DNA of 64,000 nt from Candidatus Thorarchaeota archaeon (GTDB lineage: Archaea > Asgardarchaeota > Thorarchaeia > Thorarchaeales > Thorarchaeaceae). This document shows positions 56,736-64,000 of this stretch, one piece after another. The position numbers and the translations under genes are program-made. The stretch covers positions 1 through 64,000 of the forward strand of contig JAFGAR010000070.1 in NCBI GenBank assembly GCA_016933575.1, read 5' to 3'. The stretch's first letter is position 1, and every line of letters starts with the position of its first letter. A model generated the notes under the pieces. It saw only the letters and a list, made by a program, of their open reading frames with translations, was not told where the DNA came from and did not search any database.

Positions 56736-57850
56736 GAGGATGCCTCCTTAGATAATATGTCGAGAACATTCTCTTGAGTGGTACTCCCCTCTAGACCAAT
56801 CTCTATGAAATGGAGCATCTCCATTATTGCTCCTTCCACATTTGTTTCTATTCCAGAACCCATAAGTTTAGTGAATGTGAGTTTGTTTAGTTGAACTTCT
56901 GTATCCACTTCAAGGGGGCATGAGATTCCTGATTCGGTGCCAAGATCAAGGACACCATCAAGCCCTCTATATTCAACCTCTATCACAGTACCATATGGAT
57001 GTTTCCTATTTCTAAGGTAAATTCGTCTACGTGGATTCAATCCAAAGAAATCAATATCATCCAATAGCTTGACAAGTCTTGTTCTTAGGAAGGAGCTAGC
57101 TGCATATGCCTTCATCAGGTTCCCGTATGGTATTTGCTCGGAGATTCGTCGTGCCAGTTCTATCTCTTGACTGTAGTTCACATCTTTTTTGGATATGCCA
57201 GTATCTCTCAGGAAATCTTGAAAGTGAAAGGTCCCAAGATTTTTGAAATCAATTTGAATCGACATCTTACCACCTTTCTGACCCCGTACAAATCCCTTTG
57301 TTACATCAAGCGTTCGGACATCTTCAGGTCGAAAACTAGAAAGTGTCATTCCAAATTTCTCGTTCTGAATGACTTCTATTAGAACTGCATCTACGGATGT
57401 TTGTTGTGTCGAGCAATAAAATAGTCCTGGAATAAAGGCATAGAGATTCTGATCATCTAGACTTGCTGCAAGACTATCAGTAAGGATAGATGAATAAGAG
57501 GGATCGATATGTAGTCCTTCTTCTTGTTTTCCTGCTGACGCAATCAGAGCATCTTCTCTGTGTTTGTAGATATCCGATAATAAAGCATCACTTACGTCAG
57601 AAAGAGCATCAGTAAATTTCAGGGGATCATCGAGGTTTGAACTAGCTGTTAAATCTGAAGTAGCCTTTCCTCCAATCAAAAGACTATCACTCGGTTCTTT
57701 GATATCAATTGCATTTTGTAATGATGGCATCGAATATCCGACACCATTGAAATAATCAGGAACTGATATCCCGATAAGCCATTCATCTTCAGGAAGTACA
57801 CTCTCTTGTATCTCAATCAATCTGAGTCGTTTCTTCCTGTTCGTTGTCAA
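56732..57850 (-). CDS. Hypothetical protein
   Basis: 372-aa ORF with no recognised motif. Confidence 0.75.
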   Translation of the reverse strand: MTTNRKKRLRLIEIQESVLPEDEWLIGISVPDYFNGVGYSMPSLQNAIDIKEPSDSLLIGGKATSDLTASSNLDDPLKFTDALSDVSDALLSDIYKHREDALIASAGKQEEGLHIDPSYSSILTDSLAASLDDQNLYAFIPGLFYCSTQQTSVDAVLIEVIQNEKFGMTLSSFRPEDVRTLDVTKGFVRGQKGGKMSIQIDFKNLGTFHFQDFLRDTGISKKDVNYSQEIELARRISEQIPYGNLMKAYAASSFLRTRLVKLLDDIDFFGLNPRRRIYLRNRKHPYGTVIEVEYRGLDGVLDLGTESGISCPLEVDTEVQLNKLTFTKLMGSGIETNVEGAIMEMLHFIEIGLEGSTTQENVLDILSKEASS

Positions 57851-57900
57851 CTACGCGCACCAGTCCCACTCTTCGGCAAGTACCATTTAGTTTTGAATCT

Positions 57901-59730
57901 TTATCGAGTGTATCTATATCCTGTTTTTTTCTTCCAAAGAATGACTGCTGCTCCAAGAAGAAATCCTATTCCACTCATTATTGGAATTACATATCTCTCC
58001 AAACGAAGCTCTGCAACAAGCGGATTTGTTCCCTCTAAGTACTCTCTTAGATTTGATACTTGATCGTTATCCGGGTCCTCTTGAGAATCATCGGTACCTG
58101 GGTCAAGTCCATTCTGAACTTCCCACAGGTCTGGTATGGTATCCTGATCAGAGTCAAGTGAAAACGGATTGGAATTCGCCAGATACTCCTGAAGATTCGT
58201 CAATGTATCGCCGTCTTCGTCATTGAGGGCATCGGTTGGGTCTAAAGGATTAAGGTGGTATTGCAACTCCCAATTATCTGGAATCATATCTTGGTCTGAA
58301 TCACTATTTGTCCATGATGTTCCTAGTATCATTTCTTCTGCATCGGAGATTGTATCAGAATCACTATCAATTGAGAAATACTCTTGACCAATCCAGAATT
58401 CTTCACTATCCGATACCATATTACCATCTATGTCTGATTCATATTCGCAAGACATCTCAAAACCGGTACTTGTTCCTCCCTGATTGTATATTTGAATACG
58501 ATATATTCCATTAGACATCAAATACTGCTGGAGAACCACAGTTGGTTCCCAAGGGGAACCATGATTATACTCAACTTCTTTCAGGAGGATATTATCTGGA
58601 TCATAAATAGCAAAGGTTGCGGATCCCCCATACCACCTGCAGGAGACATTAACGGTTGTTGGGTTGGTATTGACAAGGTAGTAATTTCTTTGAGCTCCAG
58701 GAATTATTACTGACTTTCTCTCTCCTATGGTATTCTGATTGTATGCTCTTGCCATCGTAAATGCGATGCTTGCCCCAATTGATTTGACTCCCTCAATTGC
58801 TACATTGTAATCATAATTAGGATTATCCCAGACATCATTCGCAGTATGGTAGGCTCCATCAATGTTGAAGCCACTCTCATGAGCGAAGAGAGATCTTTCA
58901 AATCCCTGAATTATAAACGAGTAATGGTCCGAAGCAGTCCATCCAGGAAAGTCGCTTTCGCTGACTGGTTCAATCATATCCTGTCCAAAATTCTTGCTCA
59001 TTGCACATGGTAGGTCTGCCCAGTACTTGCCATTATGATATGCTGCAAACGGATATGCCATCAATACAGTAGCATCATGTGGTGAGGGAACAAGTAACAT
59101 ATCGATATTATAGTGAACGAGGAGTTCTACATCTCTGTCATCAAGAATTTCAGCGACTTCATTTGATCCCCTCAATCCAATCTCTTCCGCGTTCCATGCA
59201 CCAAAGTAAATATCGAGAGGCCATTGATACTGTGAAAGAACACGAGCTAGCTCAAGCATAGTAGCTACTCCAGAGCCATCATCATTTGCTCCAGGACCTT
59301 CTATTACGCTATCAAAATGCCCTCCAACAAGAAAAGCGGGAGCATCAATGGGAAGGTATCCGGGAAGTCTACCAAGAACAGACTGATAGTCCCCAAGGAT
59401 TTCGACCTCGATTCTTCCATTTGACACTCTATACATCTCCTGAGCAATCCAGTTCTTCGCAGCAATATTGGCATCGCTCATTGTATTTGGTGACAATATC
59501 CATCTTGAACCATTCTCAGTAAGCTTGATAATATAGTTCTGAAAAGAAGTCTTGGAGATGGATTCAAAGATTATCTCTGAGTAATCCTCTCCATAGACTC
59601 TATTTGCTATCAGTGATTGTATCACCTGTGGAGTGTGTACATTTTGTTTTGCCACTGAGATTGCTGTGACTCCGGTCTGTGAGGTCAAGAGAGTGAAACA
59701 GATGATTACTGTTAATATGAGTCGCCTCAT
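57901..59730 (-). CDS. Membrane-anchored M28 zinc aminopeptidase with beta-sandwich domain and Asp-rich Ca-binding repeats
   Basis: Signal peptide, GHFDS, GANDDGSG, NAEEIG, NIDM, SDH, YHT..D, DSDxDxxxDxxE repeats and a C-terminal TM with WKKK. Confidence 0.9.
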   Translation of the reverse strand: MRRLILTVIICFTLLTSQTGVTAISVAKQNVHTPQVIQSLIANRVYGEDYSEIIFESISKTSFQNYIIKLTENGSRWILSPNTMSDANIAAKNWIAQEMYRVSNGRIEVEILGDYQSVLGRLPGYLPIDAPAFLVGGHFDSVIEGPGANDDGSGVATMLELARVLSQYQWPLDIYFGAWNAEEIGLRGSNEVAEILDDRDVELLVHYNIDMLLVPSPHDATVLMAYPFAAYHNGKYWADLPCAMSKNFGQDMIEPVSESDFPGWTASDHYSFIIQGFERSLFAHESGFNIDGAYHTANDVWDNPNYDYNVAIEGVKSIGASIAFTMARAYNQNTIGERKSVIIPGAQRNYYLVNTNPTTVNVSCRWYGGSATFAIYDPDNILLKEVEYNHGSPWEPTVVLQQYLMSNGIYRIQIYNQGGTSTGFEMSCEYESDIDGNMVSDSEEFWIGQEYFSIDSDSDTISDAEEMILGTSWTNSDSDQDMIPDNWELQYHLNPLDPTDALNDEDGDTLTNLQEYLANSNPFSLDSDQDTIPDLWEVQNGLDPGTDDSQEDPDNDQVSNLREYLEGTNPLVAELRLERYVIPIMSGIGFLLGAAVILWKKKTGYRYTR

Positions 59731-59742
59731 AGTTTTTCCTCA

Positions 59743-61611
59743 TTATTCCTTAGAATTCTTTAATCTTCGAATATAAAGAAACACTACGATAGGCGCAATG
59801 ACAACAATCGGTGATATTGTCAGTAAAATCTGCATGGAATTATATTCTAGGGCATAAGGATTCGTTCCATCTAAGTACTCTTGGAGATTGCTCTTTCCAT
59901 CTACGTCAGGATCGAGTTCAGCATCATTGATCAGTGGATTAAGGCCATTTTCAAGCTCCCATAAGTCTGGTATCATATCGGAATCTGAATCTTCGGAGTA
60001 TGGATTAGTTCCAACTGAGTATTCTTGAGCATTGCTCAAGCCATCTTCATCAACATCGAGACTTCCATCAGCGGGATCTGTTGGATTGAAACCCCAATCG
60101 ACTTCATACTTATCATCCATGATATCAAGATCAGAGTCAGTAAGAGTAACATCAGTACCTAGGAATATTTCTTCTGCGTCGGACAGACCATCGTTATCTT
60201 GATCTAAATTGAAATATGCCTGATTCAACCAATACTCTTGACTATCAAGCACGTTATTTCCATCGATATCAGACTCAAAGGTCATTGAGATCTCGTAGCC
60301 TATTGAATTATAATAGGCGTTTTCAATAACGAATGCGTAAAGTCCATTGCTGGTCACTTGGGTGTTAAAGACATCTGTTGGAAACCACGCTGAAGTATGA
60401 TTATATAATGCACTATCAATAATATTGAGGTTTGGATCATAGAGATAGAAGTTGGCAGGTCCTCCGAACCATCTTACACTGATATTGACTGAAGTAGGCG
60501 TTGTTACAGGAATGTAATAATACGCAATTCTTCCAGAACGTACCGTGTCTTCGAATACTAGGGCATTGGGCTCTCCATATCGGCGGCTCATCGTATAAGC
60601 TAAGATTGCGGCAATTGTTCCCCCTGTTTCCTGCGCAAGTATGTAGTCGTACTCAACATTGTTCCATCTATCGTTTGATGTTAAGTAATTTCCATCAACA
60701 CTACGTCCCGATTCAAAGGCACAAACAATGTTAGTATATCCTTCAGCGACGAAAGAGTAATGATCTGATCCTGTCCAAAGGAAGAAGGAGTTTGATGCAA
60801 TTGGTACAAATGCTCCCATTCCATAATTTTGACTAATTGCTCGTGTGAGATCGCCCCAATATTGTCCCTCATGATATTGCGAAGTTGCTCCTTCGAGATA
60901 CCCTATCTGAATATATTCATCTCGCGGGAGGGCAAGGTTGGGCACAAGAATCGAATCAATATTGTATAAGGTAAGAATATCTATTTCTCTATCGACAAAT
61001 TCCTCAGCGACTTCCTGACTTCCTCTCCTGACAGGGACTGAACTGTCACTCAGAAGATCATAGACATAGAGCGCGTTGAATGCAATGAAATAGATATCAA
61101 GTGGCCAATCATAAAATGAAAATATCCTTGCGAGTTCCAGCATAACTGCAATACCAACGCCATCGGAATTCGCCCCAGGCGAATTCGGTACTGCGTCATA
61201 ATGAGCTGAGATAACAAATACCGGATTGTTACCTGGCAAGTAGCCTGCTAATCTGCCTACGACATTCTTGTAGTCACCAATTATTTCAATCTCTATTTTA
61301 CCTCTAGTTTTTTGATATAACTCTTGAATGATATAGTTTCGTAGATACATATTTGCTCCTACGTTCACATCGCCTAGCTCTTGCACATCCCTTGAACCAT
61401 TCTCTGTTAATTTTTGGACAAGTGATTCAATAGTGGAGGAACTGAGTTGTTGATAGAGTTCTTCTGCAATATTCTTGCCATAAATACGGTTTCCCACAGA
61501 TTCTGGAGAAGCTGAAGGACTAGCAGCATCAATTGGCACTTCATTGGCAGTACTATTTAATGGACTGATTAAAATCAAGCCAAGTATGATAATGGGCCAT
61601 AGATGCTTCAT
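59743..61611 (-). CDS. Membrane-anchored M28-like protein, predicted catalytically inactive
   Basis: Same architecture as the neighbour, but GANSDG, NALY (for NAEE) and YLTSND (for YHT..D). Confidence 0.85.
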   Translation of the reverse strand: MKHLWPIIILGLILISPLNSTANEVPIDAASPSASPESVGNRIYGKNIAEELYQQLSSSTIESLVQKLTENGSRDVQELGDVNVGANMYLRNYIIQELYQKTRGKIEIEIIGDYKNVVGRLAGYLPGNNPVFVISAHYDAVPNSPGANSDGVGIAVMLELARIFSFYDWPLDIYFIAFNALYVYDLLSDSSVPVRRGSQEVAEEFVDREIDILTLYNIDSILVPNLALPRDEYIQIGYLEGATSQYHEGQYWGDLTRAISQNYGMGAFVPIASNSFFLWTGSDHYSFVAEGYTNIVCAFESGRSVDGNYLTSNDRWNNVEYDYILAQETGGTIAAILAYTMSRRYGEPNALVFEDTVRSGRIAYYYIPVTTPTSVNISVRWFGGPANFYLYDPNLNIIDSALYNHTSAWFPTDVFNTQVTSNGLYAFVIENAYYNSIGYEISMTFESDIDGNNVLDSQEYWLNQAYFNLDQDNDGLSDAEEIFLGTDVTLTDSDLDIMDDKYEVDWGFNPTDPADGSLDVDEDGLSNAQEYSVGTNPYSEDSDSDMIPDLWELENGLNPLINDAELDPDVDGKSNLQEYLDGTNPYALEYNSMQILLTISPIVVIAPIVVFLYIRRLKNSKE

Positions 61612-61724
61612 GATTTTTCACCGAGCAATGCTATTGAATAAGGTATTCCTAGCAGCAATTGTGACTATGTATTTCAGACACTTTTATACACAATTAGTTG
61701 TATAGATATTTGGTTGGATTAAGA

Positions 61725-62999
61725 ATGCCTTTGACGGATTTTCCTTCAGATCTTCAAATCAAAGATCCCATTCATGGGTACATAGATCTATCCGATGTGG
61801 AACACGCATTGATTGATTTGCCTATTACTCAACGATTGCGTTACATCAAAGGTCCTGCAGGTCTTTCTCTTGTGTACCCGGGCGCAGATATTGCACTTCT
61901 TGGAAGAACGCTCGGTTTTCTTCATATGACTCGGATATTCCTAGAATATCTGGGCGGAACAATCGAAGAGATTCAGAAAGGGCGACTTGCTTCCTTCTTA
62001 CTGATGTTGACCAATGGTCCTTGGGCAAATGTCATGGAGGAATATCTATCCATTCGAGGCGCTAATCCACTAAAACTAACAAAGGCTATTCTAGACAATA
62101 CTGAAGTTGGAGATGTAATTGAACAATATAGTTTTACAAAAGCCGAAATCTACAATGTTCTGGAACATGGTGTTCCGATAAAAGGCCTGCAATTGAACAT
62201 TAGGGATTGCCCTATAAATGCAGAGCTAATAGACGATCTTGAACGGGACTCTTACTTCGCAGGAGTTGATTACGCTCAATTAGAGTTCCATCGTCTCTTC
62301 GCCGCAACAAGAATTGCTAAGAACAAGATTGCAGTTGAACGTGGCTCACTGTTTACCCTTGAATCATATCTCTCTGCAGCTGTCAATATGTTTGATGCTA
62401 TCTATTTTCACAAGACAGTTAGAGCTTCAGAACTTATGTTATTACGAGTACTTGAAGAGGCTGGTTCCCAGTTGTTCCCATTTCCCTTGGATGATACACA
62501 GGGCTTCTACAAATTCGATGACCTCTCTTTTCTATATCGACTTCTTAATGTGTCAGACAACGAGTCTGAGGAGTTCAAAGAAGCAAGTCGTATCTTCTCA
62601 GACTTCAATAAACGCTATTTGATTAAACTTGTGAGTGCAAGATCCATCTCCGATCCATCTTTCTTAAACAAGTTATCAACACCCGATGGGCTCTTTGCGA
62701 TAGAGCAAGAGATAGCAGATGATGCGGGTATCGATTCTCGAAATGTGTACCTGGATTTTCCAGATAGGATTTCAGTCACCTTCTATCCTGGAAAATTGGA
62801 TCTTGACGGTCTTGTTCTTTTTGAAAGAGGGTCCAGTGGTTATGAGTTCTGGAAAGTCAATGATTCAAGTCCAATGGCAAGAAGCTTCACACGGATTTTG
62901 AAACCTGTTCGTGTGTATACGACAAGAGGTTATAGATCAAAACTAAAGAAGTCTGCTGACCGAGTTCTAGAAAGTGTGGATGTGCAAGGCGCAGCCTGA
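61725..62999 (+). CDS. HD-superfamily dNTP triphosphohydrolase-like (YdhJ/SAMHD1-like) protein, degenerate
   Basis: IKDPIHGYI, QRLRYIK, VYPGA, RDSYFAG and IYFHKTVRA.E motifs. The HS and HD motifs are absent. Confidence 0.82.
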   Translation: MPLTDFPSDLQIKDPIHGYIDLSDVEHALIDLPITQRLRYIKGPAGLSLVYPGADIALLGRTLGFLHMTRIFLEYLGGTIEEIQKGRLASFLLMLTNGPWANVMEEYLSIRGANPLKLTKAILDNTEVGDVIEQYSFTKAEIYNVLEHGVPIKGLQLNIRDCPINAELIDDLERDSYFAGVDYAQLEFHRLFAATRIAKNKIAVERGSLFTLESYLSAAVNMFDAIYFHKTVRASELMLLRVLEEAGSQLFPFPLDDTQGFYKFDDLSFLYRLLNVSDNESEEFKEASRIFSDFNKRYLIKLVSARSISDPSFLNKLSTPDGLFAIEQEIADDAGIDSRNVYLDFPDRISVTFYPGKLDLDGLVLFERGSSGYEFWKVNDSSPMARSFTRILKPVRVYTTRGYRSKLKKSADRVLESVDVQGAA

Positions 63000-63120
63000 A
63001 AAAAGAGATATCTCAGTACTCCCAAGTTGTTAAAAGATAGCCATCTACAATTCCCTTAAGAATCAAGAATATCCACCAAGATATAATCAACAGATTAATC
63101 CCAGAATCAGGTGCATCATA

Positions 63121-64000
63121 GTGTTCTCTTGCAATAACTGTCGTGAACCCCTGTTCATTCTAAATGCTGATATTAAGGACCATATATTAACCCTCGAAAC
63201 CCAATGTCTTAATGGTCACAGGAGCACAAGACGAATTGCAGAGCATCAGATTAAAGATATGGGATTAGAGGTTTTCAAGAAACTCTTTGTCTGTACCGAT
63301 TGTGGTTCAAACATGACACTAGTGGATATACCTACTCATGGAATTAGAATCGAAGGAATCTTCCTATGCCCAAAACACGGAATTCAGAAGCGCGATTTTC
63401 CTCGAGAATTCATTTCTACAGTCCAGCTTGCTGCTGCTGAGGTTGATAGTCCTCGATCCATCATTGACTCATTCAGATGTCCACAGTGTGGTCTTGTCTA
63501 TGCTATCAGTAACATTGAAGAAAGACGTGGGGTTATCGAAGTTGATGCAAGGTGTGCAAATGGACATAAGACGGATCTATACCTGCCCGGAAATATTGAA
63601 TCGACACTGTTAAAGCGAATCCTTCAACGAGTTGTTCACTGCGATAGATGCGGACTACCTGGGCATATTGTCAATGTTGAGAAGCGAGGAAATTCTGTTC
63701 GTATCTATTCATCATGCCCTGTTCACGGTGTGACTAAGAAAGATATTCCTTCAATGTTCATGGACTTATTGAATGAAGCTGTTTCCGAAATACCTGAGGA
63801 TGCAGTCCTTCGCGCAACATTGACATCACGGGATTGCCGACAGCATCTGGCTATCCGTTCTATTGAAGATGACAAATCCGGTTACAAATTGAGGTGTGTA
63901 TGTCCAGGCACTAACCAAATTACTGATGTAATCCTACCATTGACATGGAATGAGGCAATCGCAAGTAGGATTACATCTGCAATGTTGACATGTGACGTAT
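63121..64000 (+). CDS. Tandem Cys3His metal-binding repeat protein (3'-truncated, absent from ORF track)
   Basis: GTG after AGGTG. The open frame reads MFSCNNC..CLNGH..CTDC..CPKHG..CPQC..CANGH..CDRC..CPVHG..SRDC..CVC..CDV to the window end. Confidence 0.8.
   Translation, partial: MFSCNNCREPLFILNADIKDHILTLETQCLNGHRSTRRIAEHQIKDMGLEVFKKLFVCTDCGSNMTLVDIPTHGIRIEGIFLCPKHGIQKRDFPREFISTVQLAAAEVDSPRSIIDSFRCPQCGLVYAISNIEERRGVIEVDARCANGHKTDLYLPGNIESTLLKRILQRVVHCDRCGLPGHIVNVEKRGNSVRIYSSCPVHGVTKKDIPSMFMDLLNEAVSEIPEDAVLRATLTSRDCRQHLAIRSIEDDKSGYKLRCVCPGTNQITDVILPLTWNEAIASRITSAMLTCDV

Noticed and set aside
57950-60270. Asp-rich repeats as a DNA repeat array or CRISPR
   Set aside because: They are protein-level DxDxDG Ca-binding repeats with diverged codons, and there is no identical repeat-spacer structure or cas gene
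1-64000. rRNA, tRNA, transposase, integrase or prophage genes
   Set aside because: No such motifs were recognised by eye. tRNAscan-SE, Infernal or an IS search would be needed to exclude them formally.

Overview
Gene-dense chromosomal segment (about 50 CDS, AT-rich) that most likely comes from an Asgard archaeon, possibly Thorarchaeia. This is inferred from a DLISGFIAAI longin-like domain on a membrane protein, a thiolase-DUF35 pair, a DUF2299-like gene, frequent TTG/GTG starts with NTGA overlaps and many Cys-rich Zn proteins. Recognisable genes: heliorhodopsin, purH, FKBP PPIase, LLM oxidoreductase, a PAS/GAF kinase-Rcp1-like regulator-hybrid kinase triad, nadE, vWA, OsmC-like, gamma-CA, a LeuA-family synthase, nitroreductase, acyl-CoA dehydrogenase, thiolase+DUF35, two DedA/VTT proteins, a C-N hydrolase and porD/A/B without porG. 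Most striking: (i) two tandem paralogous receptor-like type I membrane proteins (1510 and 2863 aa) with a homologous N-terminal head, Ig-like stalks of about 6 and about 22 repeats, and different cytoplasmic outputs (longin-like plus wHTH-like plus acidic tail versus a winged HTH); (ii) an active/inactive pair of membrane-anchored M28 peptidases followed by two unknown genes; (iii) several intact but catalytically degenerate enzymes (HD, LarA-like, M28, MBL); (iv) a structured intergenic RNA candidate near 23.9 kb. The ORF track also misses a tandem Cys3His-repeat protein running off the right edge, a stop-interrupted pseudogene next to heliorhodopsin and a probable CTG start. No rRNA, tRNA, CRISPR array or transposase was seen. 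All family calls come from motif recognition by eye, not database searches.
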